From Octopus sinensis (Eukaryota): a DNA stretch of 64,000 bases. The notes below the pieces were generated by a model. It was given only the letters and a program-made list of their open reading frames with translations, was not told the DNA's origin and did no database searches. The stretch is taken from assembly GCF_006345805.1 (NCBI RefSeq), contig NC_043020.1, positions 21,266,001-21,330,000 of the forward strand, written 5' to 3'. Of the stretch, positions 11,851 through 25,148 are shown in pieces. The position numbers were made by a program, and so were the translations under genes. Position 1 is the first letter of the stretch, and every line of letters begins with the position of its first letter.

Positions 11851-12378
11851 TTTCCACAACCATAACCATCTCCCCACTCAGGAATGATATCTTGTAATTT
11901 CCTTCATAATCCTTTAATCAATTCTGAGGAAATCTTGTCTATTCTCTGTAGTCATGTTTTTTCTTCTAAACTGTTTTCATATTCTGGCAAAAATATTCTT
12001 GCCCATTATCATCATTCATATTTTGCTTTCTTTCTTGATTAACAATTCTCATGTTTATCCTATTAGCTTCAGCTTCATCATCAATCATGTGACACCTTCT
12101 GGATCCATTTCTTGAATTTATTTCATTCCTTTTCTCATCATTTCTTCACCATTCCTAATTCTCTTCTCTTTATTCTTCTTAATTCTTATTTCCTCTCTTT
12201 GCTCTTTCTCCAATCTTTCCCAGTATCTTTTCTGACTCTCTCAATTCAATTCTCACTGTCATGTTCTATGATCATTGACTACCATAACACAGTTTAAGTA
12301 ATAAAAAAATTTAAGACACACCTGATATTATATAGTTGGTAACACCCATATCCAGGATATACTATTACACATCTTTTA

Positions 12379-13655
12379 CGAGGGGCGTTCAATAAGTAAT
12401 GCCCCTGACCCACTTCCCATAGCAGTAGAGCAACGACACTTGGCACAGTTATTAATCTTTTCCTACATAGGAACTACCCAGAGTTATGCATTTCTCCCAT
12501 CGTTTGATACAGCTCTGGAGACCGTTTTTGTAGAAGACCCCAGCTTGGTCCTCCAACCACGACGTGACTTCAGAAATCAAGGCTGCATCATCTGGGAAAC
12601 GCTTTCCTTTTAAAATCAACTTCATGGCTAGGAAGAGGTGAAAATCAGAGGGTGCAAGGGGAGGAGTTCATAGCTGCACGCCTGTGCTTCTGATCTGGCG
12701 ACACGCGAGTTGTGGACCGGAGCGTTGTCCTGCAGAAGGAGGATGCCTTTGCTGATCTTGCCCCGCCTCTTGATTTTGATAGCTTCTCTTAATTTCCTAA
12801 AAAGTGAAGCATAATAGGCTCCTGTAATTGTGGTACCCTTTGCTAGGAAATATGTCATCACTACTCCGTCCTGGTCCCAGAAGACTGTGAGCATAACCTT
12901 GTCAGCGGAGGGCTGCACCCTTGCCTTCTTTGGAGGAGGTGAGTCACAGTGCTTTCACTGCATTGACTGGGCTTTGGTCTATGGATCATAGTGATGGACC
13001 CAGGTTTTATCCTGTGTGATCAGTCTTTTGAAAAATTTTGACTCATCTTCTTGGCACATCTCCAAATTCATCCTCGAGCACTCAACGCGTTCTTGCTTCT
13101 GGAAAGGTGTGAGCAACCTGGAAATCCATCTGGCAGACACCTTTTGCATATGCAAATGGTCATGAATGATAGTTTCCACAGACCCGGTACTAATCTTGAC
13201 CTTATGGGCTATTTGGCGAATAGTCATGCGTTGACCTTCCAAAATGGCAGCCTCAACTTGACGGACAGATGTCTCATCAACGGCAGAAGGGGGCTTGGGG
13301 CGACCAGATCTGGGAGCTGTTTCCACAGACTTCTGACTATGTTTGAATTCACAATGCCAGCGTTTTACAAGGTCATATGATGGGGCATCATCACCATAAG
13401 TTACTTTCATTTCATCAAAAGTCTCCCATGGTGTGCATCCTTTCAAATACAAAAACCAGATCACTGCTCGACACTCAACAGGCTCCATTTCACACTTGAC
13501 TCAGTTCAAACACCTGTAAATCAGAAACCAAAATTAGTTCAGAGCTGTAATTCGCCACTTGATCTATAGAGGTATAAATAAGTGCACATGCAAAATTTCA
13601 GCTAGATCAAACAACTGCAAGTGGGTCAGGGGCATTACTTATTGAACGCCCCTCA
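12379..13655 (-). mobile_element. Full-length mariner transposon (1277 bp)
   Basis: TIRs CGAGGGGCGTTCAATAAGTAATGCCCCTGACCCACTT at both ends, with TA target duplications at 12377-78 and 13656-57. Confidence 0.95.
12452..13488 (-). pseudogene. Mariner transposase pseudogene
   Basis: MEPVECRAVI...GRP...ITQDKTWVHHYDP*...VMLTVFWD...LQDNAPVH; stop at 12979 and a frameshifting deletion of HPPYSPD. Confidence 0.92.
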
Positions 13656-14052
13656 TATGAAGAAAGTTAATATGGAGGTTATTAATAAATAGATAAGAGG
13701 ACAAATGTTCAGTTTTCACAACAATGACTTGTTCTAAGACAGGTATTAAATCATCAGATTTAATACATGAGAGAGAGAGAGAGAAGGTCAAACAAATGTT
13801 ACTGGTACATGCACACATATGCACATGAATGTGAGAGACATGTGCATATATACATACATATAGGACTACGACTGAGTGACAGTGACAGTAAGGACATCTG
13901 GCTGTAAAACAAGGTTTCAATAATATATTCATGTAGCCTATTCTTATATAGAAACACAGGTGTAAAACGAATTATATATCTTGAGATTGAAAAAATTTTC
14001 ATTAGTCAATGAGCTTAATATTGCTTTTTCTTCTCTGGACAATTATTCTTCA

Positions 14053-14416
14053 CTAGCAGTATGACCCAGCAACGCCGGGTCATAGTGCTAGTGCATGCAT
14101 ATACAGCTGCGTGCGTGCACACATACACACGAGTACTGTCCAAATCTCCGACCAATCACATACAGCTAGCTGGCATTCAATTGGCGTATCAAGTTTCGGG
14201 CATTTTGATTGGGTTTTGGATAGAAAATTCACAAAAAAGTTACTTCTATTGATTTTTTAATGGCTTTGCGAGGTGACTGGGGAAATGTAAAGATGTGCAC
14301 AACCACCCTTGGATGGTTTTGAATGACCATAGAAAGTGCGAGCTCTCTAACTGAAAAATTGTGGATTTGTATAAAGGACACACACGCAGAAATTTTGCCG
14401 TTTATATATATTGAGA
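14053..14416 (-). mobile_element. Non-autonomous Helitron
   Basis: 5' A^TC, 3' CTAG^T, with a subterminal hairpin. Confidence 0.75.
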
Positions 14417-15665
14417 TAAGGGATTTGATATTCACTACATTATATTAACACTAACTTAACTTATTTTTCAAGTGGCTGGCATCTTTGAATAATTAATTTG
14501 AATTTATCTTTAAATATGCTCTTTTTTCATATCTACTTGTGTATGATATTGTAAATCTACTAAACGATTCTCTTATTACTAGAGTAACAAATACAGAGAA
14601 ATCTATGTTTTGCTAAAGAGTTTTAAAAAGATTTGAACATGTCCCCTACTATGTACATATATGTCTAATTAGATATTTAGTTCTCTCATTATATTAAATA
14701 TCAACTTAGCTATTATTTTTTCATGTCAATGGCCCCTCAAAGTAAATATCCTCAATGATTTATTTTTAAAATATAGATTAATAGTGCCCGAGGGAGCTAG
14801 TATGTTCACTGAAAAAATCAGAGTGCTCAGAACGAGCCCTGCCAGATAACATGAAAAGCATGGAATGATTCTTACATTTCTTACTACTTACTGATGATCT
14901 AATGACACCAAGTTCCAGAATACAGTAACAGACAAGACAGCTTATGTGAGAATTCAGCATTCAACTATACTGGAGCTGATAAAGCTCACTTCTACAGACT
15001 CAACACCTCAGATTTACAGACAGTCTAGAGAAGAATGTATGATTCTGTAATATCCATGCCTTTGTTAATGACATTGATGTGATTAAAAAACCCATCTCCA
15101 GACTCCATTAGAACCCATCAATACCTGCAACAAATCCAATAAATCAAAACACCCATCCACTTCCATACAAGCCAATGAAGGAGATTCTATGTGGGTACTC
15201 AAATTGCTAAAAATAACAACTAAAGCAATTCACATCAAATCTTACCCTCTCTAAGAATGACACATTGAATAATTGGGATTGTTGTGAGTAGATGACAGGT
15301 CTTCTGATTTATAACTGACTTGGGGCTAAACAATAAACAAATCCCCTCCCTGCTCATTATCATCTAGTGAGCCATAGCCATCAAGGACTACTGGCACCTT
15401 TCACTACAAGGTTTTAGTCTTTGAGGTGCCATTAAGCAAACAGATGCAACTAATTTTCAGTTGAGTGAACTGAATCATTATGAAATGAGGTTCCTTTCCC
15501 AAGAACACAGTGTGCTGTCTGGTCTGAGAGCCAAGAGTCAAGCTTGACCATTAGATTGCTTGCCCTTATGTTTCATCAATATACTAATTGACATTCATGT
15601 TCCACAGCAGACCTTCCCCCCCCCCACACACAGACTGCACTCTCAGTTCTCTTCTTCAAGGATAC

Positions 15666-15825
15666 AATTGACCACCTAATGTCAATACAATTGAAAATGT
15701 ACATCTTCCATACATCGACAGGTTCAATAACCACAGGACACACAACATCACATGTAGTAGCTTTCTTCACCACACACTGGTCATCCTGTTCAGGTAAGTG
15801 ACATCTTGTGAATGGAATGCCTATT
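15666..15825 (-). CDS. TRAPPC9: TRAPPC9 exon (160 nt): IGIPFTRCHLPEQDDQCVVKKATTCDVVCPVVIEPVDVWKMYIFNCIDIRWSI
   Basis: ttcttgcag acceptor, ATT|gtatcc donor, phase 2 to 0; ends IRWSI like human ICWRI. Confidence 0.82.
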
Positions 15826-16791
15826 CTGCAAGAATTATCATACAACAGAGTAAAATATCATCATCATCATCATTATAATTGCTATTTTAACAATATTAAA
15901 ATAGATATTATCATCATATAAATGTGTAAAGAAGTGAGGCAGGTGATCAAAATGACTACAGTATACTACTGGAAATTATTTTACATCAATTCTGAAAGGA
16001 GGAAAGATAGAAGTTAACCTAAACGAGTACAGGTAGCAGTAGACTGACATACTCATATCATATCACAGTATTTTGGTTATGGCTCTTAACATTCAGAATG
16101 TAAATCCTGCTGAGGTTAACTTTAGCATTTCATCTATCCAGGATCACTGAAATAAAGTAGTAATCAAGTACTGGTGCCAATTAAAGGTTTCTATAAGCAG
16201 TAGTTCTTAACTTTGGCAGTGTTGTGAGCTCACAAGGAGAATGTTATGGGGGAGCTGAGTATTCTTGGAAATAGAATATTTAAACCAAGCACAATAATTT
16301 TTATTGTAAATAGATTTCAAAAAAGTCTTTATCAGTTAGAATTACAATACAAGTGGGACATTGTGTTATCAGTGATTAGAAATGCAACTGATGATATACC
16401 AAGGTCCAATGTTTACAATTTGCTTCTTTTCCATCTGAATTTGTAAACATAACTTTGCTAATGAATATTATTAATAAAAATTGAAGGAAAACAAGCAAAT
16501 GTTATAATTTACCATTTGAACATTAATTTTCAACTCTTTTGTAAATTATAGTTTTTATGTGTTATAAACATTCATCATTCTTTACTCTTTTACTTGTTTC
16601 AGTCATTTGACTGTGGTCATGCTGGAGCACCGCCTTTAGTCAAGCAAATCAAGCCCAGGACTTATTCTTTGTAAGCCTAGTACTTATTCTATTGGTCTCT
16701 TTTGCTGAACGGGGACGTAAACACACCAGCATCAGTTGTCAAGTGATTTTGGGAGGAAACAAACACAGACACACACACATACATATATATA

Positions 16792-17303
16792 CCGTAAATC
16801 CTCGAGTATAGTCCGCCCTTGAGTATAATACACAGGGGATTTTTAGGGGGCTGTACCTCTGAAAGACCTAAACCTTGTGTATAATATGCACCCCTTCTCT
16901 AACTTGAGTTAAGGAGGTCTATATAACATCCTTGGTTTGTAAAAATGTATATGGTAACGTACTTTATTATTATTGTATATATAACATAATGCAAATGTGT
17001 AGTATTTTTGTGCATTTTGTTTGCAGAAAATAAAGAAATAACAGTAATAACGTTTAATAAATGTTGCTTACTGCAAGTTATGGATGATTCTTTTATGACT
17101 TCATTGCTTTCAGGCTTAGCTGAAGGTATTTTTGAGCCCGACATCACAAAATGCGTCTGAATAAACATTGCTGGACAGCAAATAGAGACTCAAACATTGC
17201 TTAGAAAATAATTTTAATTTTTAACCTCATGTATAATACGCACTAGGGATTTTGACCTTTAACTTCTGGGGAAAAAATGCGGATTATACTCGAGGATTTA
17301 TGG
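16792..17303. mobile_element. Tc2/pogo-type MITE
   Basis: TIRs CCGTAAATCCTCGAGTATA.TCCGC / GCGGATTATACTCGAGGATTTATGG in a TA context; no ORF. Confidence 0.8.
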
Positions 17304-17315
17304 TGTATATATATA

Positions 17316-17697
17316 CTAGCAGTATCGCCCGGCGTTGCTCGGGTTTGTAACTATATAAGCATTTTTAGAGAGCCAAAAAATAGCAAAAAAATGCATTAAA
17401 AATGGGAAAAAAATGATGGTAAATTTTTTTTTAAATCATTGACTCATCGTAGACATTTTTAGAGAGTTACTTCCCTTATATAATAGCGAAAAAATGCATT
17501 AAAATGGAAAAAATGATGGTAAATTTTTTTTTAAATCATAGACTCATCGTAGATGCGCGCTAATACCCAGAAGGGCTCGATATGAATCACGACTATAAGA
17601 TACCCGGTTTTGGTTAAACTGCACCGCAAAATGTGGGAGTAGTTAGGAATCTAAATCGTAGGAGACAGACACACAACTTCACTTTTATATATAAAGA
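17316..17697 (-). mobile_element. Non-autonomous Helitron, complete
   Basis: 5' A^TCTTTATATAT, 3' hairpin cccgagcaacgccggg then CTAG^T; internal ~80-bp duplication. Confidence 0.82.
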
Positions 17698-17999
17698 TAT
17701 ACATATATAAGATGGGCTTCCTTCAGTTTCCGTCTACCAAATCCACTCACAAGGTTTTGGTCGGCCTGAGGCTATAGTAGAAGACACTTGCCCAAGGTGC
17801 CACGCAGTGGGACTGAACCTGGAACCATGTGGCTCGTAAGCAAGCTACTTACGACACAGCTACTCCTACGCCTATAATTTATCATTAATAAATTATTTAT
17901 TTTCTATAATTAAAATACAAAATTATTCATTGTCATTTGTTTTCAGTTACTATCATTTTTAACCCATGGAAATGAATAAGTTGCTTGCTTGCTGCTGTT

Positions 18000-18860
18000 T
18001 CATGCTCTTGCTTGATAAGGCTGGGGTCATCCCAGGTTAGTGGTCCCAGAGACATCATCATGTGTAGAGCCAACCATGTCCACCAGTGCTCTTCATTGCT
18101 AGTGGTAACATTCCAGCCCCAGTGCATCCCCCAAGGTGGATGTGGAGCCTCTGAAGATCATCCCCAATTACATCCAGCTATCTGGTGTGGAGCCTGCCAT
18201 AAGGCCTCTTCCATCCCCTAGCTGCTGTGACAAATGAGAGTAAAGCCCTGGTAAGATGATTAAGTGGGCGACAGAGGACATGTCCATACCAGCGCAAGCA
18301 ATGGATAACGATGAGGTGGGTGGCCGCAGGCTGATGTGTGTGCGCGTGCAGTTCTTTGTTGGAAATGTGATGTTATCATCTGATGTTCTCAGCAGTTCTT
18401 AGAGCTCTGTTATCGAAGCTATCGATCCTCTTAGCCAGGATCTTTGAGAGGGGTCACATTTCTGCTCCATGAATAATCAAAACAGAAAATGCCAGCAATA
18501 CCCAATCACATGGATGTTTGTAAAACACAGTTCAGTAAAAAATGTGGTGCTGGGCTACAAAAGGTTAAGTCTTCCCAGATGTGAATGAAATTTATCAGGT
18601 TTGAATTTTGAATGTAAAGAGACATAACACAAGTCATTTTGAACATTACTCTACAGATTCTGCTACTCCAATAACATTGCTAGTATTAGATATTCTTTTG
18701 ATTTATATTTCAAGCTGCACTGCACATCAGCTGCTCTTGGATGGTACAATTAACAGATTTTCTATGAGAAGAGTTTGCCAGTACTTTCCTCAGTCCTCTA
18801 TTTCTGGAAGTAAGGAAGTCACCATCACCCATGGCCCTACTCAAAATGCAATATAGCTGA
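18000..18860 (-). mobile_element. RTE LINE fragment (ORF C-terminus)
   Basis: WYGHVLCRP...RGWKRPYGRLHTRW-like sequence, frameshifted. Confidence 0.65.
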
Positions 18861-19525
18861 TTCTGTGTGTGTGTTGAGAGAGAGAGAGAGAGAAAGAGAA
18901 AGAGAGAGAGAGAATCAATCCCAATACTTGACTGGTACTTTACTTATGGACTCCAAAAGGATGAAAAGCAAAGTTGATCTGGTTTTGGTTTGAGCTCTGA
19001 CCTCAGAGAGCCAAAACATGTACAGTAAGGTATTCCATCTGACATTCTAATGACTGTACAAATTTTGCTATTTTTACTATATAATAATGACATTATTATA
19101 TATTGAAGACATTACAATAAACATTGTTACATATTAATGACATAAATAAACATTATTAGATATTAATGGCATTATAATAAATATTATTACTGTTATGATT
19201 TAAGAAATCTTTACCTTTATCATGTTTAATTAATATTAACAGTTTACAATTAATGATTGAAAAATTTTGAATTGATAAAATTAGTCTTGAACTCAAATGT
19301 CACCAGGTTCAACTGATATGATTTACAGTTTGCTTTAATAAGTGTAAGGCCTCAGAGTCAGTGGGGGAGGGGAAATAGAAGAACATGAGAGTATGCGATA
19401 TTCATGCCTTTTCAAATGTTCCAACAATATAAAAACATGTAACAATAGCTGCATGAAAGATAAAGTTGACCTGGAGAGATTTGAACTCAGAATGTGGATG
19501 GTTGAAACCATTATGTATACCATAC

Positions 19526-19636
19526 CTTCTGCACTGTGAAGGCTCAATAATAATGTGTCCACCATCAGTGTACTGTACCTCAATTTGATGGCCTGACTGA
19601 TTCAGTAAGTCAAATAATAGGAAGCAACGGTCATAA
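19526..19636 (-). CDS. TRAPPC9: TRAPPC9 exon (111 nt): YDRCFLLFDLLNQSGHQIEVQYTDGGHIIIEPSQCR
   Basis: gttttttag acceptor, AG|gtatgg donor, phase 2 to 2; resembles CHLLLDVFNSTEHEL...GECQR. Confidence 0.88.
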
Positions 19637-20520
19637 CTAAAAAACAAACAGAAATATACATGTGAATCTCTCTATATAAATGTGTATAGACATATGAACT
19701 TATGTGAGTGTGTGAGTGTGTATAAACTCATGAACCTGTGCACATGTGTGTGTGTATGCACATGTGCATATGTGAGTCTATACAGATATATGAATTTTTG
19801 TGTATATGTGCTTTGTTGTAAGGTACAAATAAAGGTTGCTCTTACCTTGAGTTGCAATTGGCGACAATCCCTCCAAGTGCCAGGTCTTGGGAAACCAATA
19901 GGACCACACAGTTGTATCCATATGTAAGCTCTCCCCAACCTCTGGCCAGAAAGGACTACTACTCTACGATTGCTCCCAGCATACATCCATTGCTCACAAC
20001 AGACCCATAAGAAAGGGGTTGTTTTGAACTCACTGCTTCTTGATGTGACGTCATTTCCTCTTTGTAATGTCACTTCTTCTCACTTCCAGTCACTCATCTT
20101 TCCTCTACATGCTCATATGAGATTACATAGATATATGAACTTGTACTTGTGTGCATATGTGTGTGTGTCTATACAGATGAATTTGTACGTGTGTGAGTTT
20201 ATAAAGATATATGAATTTGTGTTTGTGTGTAAGAGGGAGTGTGTGCATGTGCATATATAAGATCTGATACAAACTAAAAAGGATACTTTAACCTAACCAC
20301 AAACAACCTTGCTAGTATCAGAGTACCATAAAATACACCAAGTCCATACAGTGCGACAAGGTTGAGCGTTTTTCTCTGTTGCTGTGTCTCACATAATGTG
20401 GAATGTTATGAGTAACAAGATGTGGGATGTGTCCAACCAATGGCACAAAGAAAATGGGGTATAAAAAGGTGATGATATACATGCAGACATTCATAAACAA
20501 ATATTCATCTACACACACAT

Positions 20521-20579
<59 letters not shown>

Positions 20580-20769
20580 TGTGTGTGTATGTGCATGCAT
20601 GCACATTCATGCATGTGCACAACGTCTAACATTTAATCATTTTAGGTATTAAAAGTAGCATTTAGAGGTAAAAATGAAAAATAGACTCACTGACAAGACC
20701 AAAACCACAAATATCACACTTGTTGGAGTACTATGTTAACAATTACACTACATAGAACCTGCCAATCCT

Positions 20770-21650
20770 TTTATCTAAAATTTCTCAAATATATTTTTAC
20801 TGCTGTACATCAATAACCTACTAGCTGCCACTTCCAATAATGCCCACTAACATGCATTCTTTGCTAACCATCTGCACCTGCATGTCATCCACCTGCAACC
20901 TAGATATCTCACACCAAAACTACATTGAGACAATAAACAAAGACCTCAAAAGACATTCTCTAATAGAGCCATGCTAATTTTGTTTCCTTCAGTAACACAA
21001 AAATAGAATAATTATACATATCAAAAAGTAATAGTGTATCTCAGTTACCCTATGAATATGGACATCATACAATTTGAACCTTAAGATCACAACAAATGCC
21101 ATTACTGAAGGTATCTCATAATGAAAGCACATCTTCAATATAGTAAAAGCTGCATCATTAAAACTAATCTTCTGCTACAGAATCAGAAAATTCTTCAGCC
21201 CCCAACAACTATTAACTCTTCAAATTTCAGGTGATATTCAAAATGAAATGCAGCTCCAAAATCCAGGAAGATAGGGGTACTGCTACGTACAAAGACAACC
21301 TAGATAGTATTCAAAGAACAATTGCTTACATATTCCAGCCTCTTGACTACACACATCCTGCCTTATCTACTATAGCTATGTGGCTTCTGCTCCTCAGGGA
21401 TGACTGTTATAGTGCCATTTAATTCATGTACTCCTGCCTTACTCATCTCTCCCCCTTTCATCAACTATATTGTGCTCATTACCCACTCTTTTAAGCATGC
21501 AATAACAACTATTCCCAGAGAGTCTTTCCCATAATGTTAAATTTTGGAATTCCACTTCTGCTTAGATTTTTCCTGCAACCATTAACTTATTTAAGAGGGA
21601 CATTAACTGTATTGATCTCACTAGTTTCAGAGAGCCTGTAAATACTCTCT
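20770..21650 (+). mobile_element. Highly degenerate CR1/L2-group LINE 3' fragment
   Basis: Remnants of FLLYINNL and the C-terminal FWNS...FP....FKRDIN motifs. Confidence 0.5.
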
Positions 21651-21708
21651 GAGACCAGCACTTTTCTCTAAATTAAACCAGTGAAAGAAAAAAGGGTCAC
21701 ACAATATA

Positions 21709-21750
<42 letters not shown>

Positions 21751-21958
21751 ATACAGAGAAAGAATTAGGAAGTGAGATAGAAATTAACAGAAAGAGAGAA
21801 ATTAAGAGAAAGAGAGAGATTAAGAGAAAGAGATAAAGAGAGAAGGCTAGCTGTCAAAACAACCACCACAACAACAGAGTAATGATGATAACAACAACAA
21901 TAACAGCAACAACATAGTGCAGTGAAGTCAAAGTATGAGATATATCAATGCCTCTTAC

Positions 21959-22101
21959 CTTCCACCAGGCACAACATCCCATCGTTGTACTGTTACAGTG
22001 GGTAAGACCTCAAAGTGCAGACTGATAGCGCATTGGCGACAGAAAGACTCTCGATAACCAGGACCTCCACTGTAGCTTATTGTCACAGTTGCTTCTATAG
22101 A
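21959..22101 (-). CDS. TRAPPC9: TRAPPC9 exon (143 nt): SIEATVTISYSGGPGYRESFCRQCAISLHFEVLPTVTVQRWDVVPGG
   Basis: tttgtttcag acceptor, AG|gtaaga donor, phase 0 to 2; YSGGPG motif as in human TRAPPC9. Confidence 0.9.
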
Positions 22102-22944
22102 CTGAAACAAAAACCAAGAAATATGGTAAGGTGGCATCTAAGGCAAAGGTAACAGGAAGATTAAAAAAAAAAGGAAAATTAAGGGTGAAACTTATAAGAG
22201 GTGATGTGGTGGAGGGTTGTCATAATCAGTTTGATGCAAACTCTATTTTGTTTCCTCACTAATGAAAAAAAAAATGGGAGTAGAATATTTCTCTAATATT
22301 TTGGTAGGGGTTGATATTTGTCAACTTAGAGGACCACAAGTTACTGTGTCCCTTATTTTAAAATGGCTGGCTGCATGGTTTGAGGAACATACGACAACTT
22401 TTTCTAGCAAGTAGATAAAGCAGCTGTAGAATTCCCTGTTTAATTCCAATGGTGTAGACATATGATGAGAAACTTTTCAATCATGACTGCTCTGTTGGCA
22501 CAATATAGTGACCTCTAATATGTTGTTTGTATTTTACCAAGAGGCTAGGGTACAGTTTGAGGGAGATATTGCTACTATTTCTAGCAAGTTTTAGGGTTGA
22601 TTAAATCAGCTATAATCAAAATTTAAAAGTCTTGTACCTAAGTTGGAAGTCATTATTATTTCATTTTTTCCTTATTTTTGTTTGTATTTCATCCTTGTGT
22701 TGTTCTCAGTGTTTTGGGCCCTTGATTAAGGTGATACTGGATCTGTGAGGCTCATTGACTGGCTTGAGTTAGAGGCTCTCTTACATGAGGAGGACTGCAT
22801 TATTGATGTATTTACATATTTTGTATACTAAGGGTACTTTTGTCTCATCTCTCCACTCCTCTTCTTCTAACTTTATTTTATGTAAACCCCAACACAAATT
22901 ATAAATTGTCCCTGAAATGCCCCTTCATTATTATTATTATTATT

Positions 22945-23235
22945 ATTTCTAACACGCCTGAGATCAATTGTGCCTTTCATCTTTTGGGGTTGATAAAATA
23001 AGTACTACCTGAGTATGGGGGGGGGGTCGATGTAATTTTGAGGCTGGTTACTAAACCACTCTTCTCCACCAAAATAAGATTTCCTTGCACCTATTGTAGA
23101 AAGGTTTATTATTATCATTATTAAGGTGGAAATATAGCAGAATCATTAGCATGCTGACATTTCCTCCATCTTTACGTTGAATTCATATTCCACCAAGGTT
23201 GACTTTGCTTTTTATCCTTTCAGGCCAATTAGATG
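22945..23235 (+). mobile_element. Two head-to-tail SINE A fragments
   Basis: Central domain plus (ATT)n tail, followed by a new aaggtgg... head. Confidence 0.6.
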
Positions 23236-23239
23236 TTTC

Positions 23240-25148
23240 ATGTAAATATTTACAATCCTGAGTATCTGGTCCTGCAACTCCAGTTCTGTCAATTTCATCA
23301 TCCAATTCTACCACTCCAGCTCCATCAACTTCATCATCATGACCTTTTCATCAAATTTACAGTCATCGCACAAAGCTACACCAAGCTCCACCACCTCACC
23401 AGTTGTTTGTTCCAGTTCAGATGATTCTGATAGCTATGATGATCTTTCAGTGAATCAAAGGTATGACCCTGGACAATAGAATATTGTGTGGCGAGCAAGA
23501 GACAATTTCATCCAATGGCATGGGTTTACTGTTACGCTTGGCACAAAGGCAAACCTTAAACATAGAAGACAGAACAATGCTACTATACTGAAAACCAGAC
23601 CTGAGCATGGCAGTGATTGGTTTCCAACCATTGGGGACAAAATCAAAATTGCTTACTCTGCTGATACTGATGGGCATTGTGAAGAAACTGAGCCTGGTAT
23701 CATATTGGAATTGGAATCCAAAACGGGGCAATAGGCGAAATACCTATTTCTTTCTGAAAATGATGCCACGTGATCAATTTTTGGCGCTTCTTCGAAATGT
23801 ACATTTCAACTCAGGCGAGAACCAGGATGACAGGCTGCACAAAATACATCCTGTTGTTGATGAAGTGGCTGAAAATTACAGAATGGTGTATGTCTCCACA
23901 CACATTTGTACAGCTAAAAGTTTGTGGAAAATCAAGGGAAGGCTCTTATTCAAACAATACAACTTGCCCAGTTTGGAATCAAGGTTTATAAAGTATGCCA
24001 GTCAACTGGCAGAGCCTGTGGGTATATATGGAATTACAAAATTTACACTGGTCAGGACAGATTGGATCTTTTAGTGTCAACTAATGTAGTGTTGTCGCTG
24101 AATGAAAACTTGTTTGACAAAGGTTACAATATTTATGTGGACAATTGGTTTTCCAGTCCAGATTTCTTCCTGCAGCTGCAGGCAAAGAGGACTAATGCCT
24201 GTGGGACTGTGAGGATGCACAGGAAAATTATGCTGCCTGATCTTCACAAGATAAAAACAGCATACCAATGCGCTGATAGTGGCGTTCTCAGTCTAGTCAG
24301 GTGTGACAAGAAAAACGTCTGCATGTTATTCACAATGCCTTCTGCAAGCATGAAGGACACGATGCGGACAGTAATGTCATAATGAAACTGAGTATCAGCT
24401 GGTGATGACACACAAATCAGGGAGAAAATTTGTGAAGTGATACAAAAAACATTTTCTTGTATATAATTGACATGTGTGTTGTTAACTTATGTTTGATTTG
24501 GCAGTGTGGGGGATGGATTGACATTCAGGAATCGTGCGATTGACATTCAGGAATCTATTGTTCTGTGAAATGATAGAAGCATCAGACTTGCCAAAGTACA
24601 GAATGCGTGGATGTCCCCATGCCAGACTCTCTCTTCACGGCTTGGTGAAGGGATGTGGACATTTTCCACAACTGTTTCACCCCACTGCCAAGAAGACAAA
24701 GGCTTCAAAGAGATGCACAGTATGTAAAGCAAAAAAGGAAACTAGATACCATTGTTCACAATGTAATATACCACTGTGTGTGGTACCCTGTTTTGAACTC
24801 TACCACACTAAAGTCAATTTTTGAATTGTAAATACATGAAGTTGATCTGACTTGTACTGTCAAGTGATCTTATTCAGGAATAATACTGCATGAGTGCCCT
24901 GCACAGGAATATAGTTTAGGTAATTAAAAAGTACTTGCACTAAAGCAGTTGACATAAATATTTGCTGAGTGTTATCTCACATTGAGTGTTGACTTCAATC
25001 AGCATGATTACTGTTGCCATAAACTGGCTAAAGTGAATGATGTAAATATAAGCCAAATCATTGTCGTGCACTAACTGCGGATCTCAGCTGAGATGATTAC
25101 CGTCAATGCAACCTAGTTGCTTGATAAAAAAAGACCATTGTCATGGAG
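23240..25148 (+). mobile_element. Degenerate piggyBac (PGBD4-like) transposon, left end missing
   Basis: LILMGIVKK, MPRDQFLALLRNVHF, SLWKIKGRLLFKQY, GYNIYVDNWFSSP, NACGTVR and the C-terminal Cys-rich KRCTVC..TRYHCSQCNIPLCVVPCFELYH; TTAA at 25149-52. Confidence 0.88.

Larger units (their letters stand above)
16585..17875 (-). mobile_element. SINE family B copy split by two nested insertions
   Basis: Tail half 16585-16790 and head half 17700-17875 join into a copy like 48135-48528. Confidence 0.85.

Noticed and set aside
15576-15665. Read-through of the 160-nt exon giving VSLKKRTESAV, superficially like human PSLKRSGEASV
   Set aside because: It runs into poly-G/(TG)n and a stop. The true continuation (PAVNATGKVSL) is in the phase-matched exon at 10582-10675.
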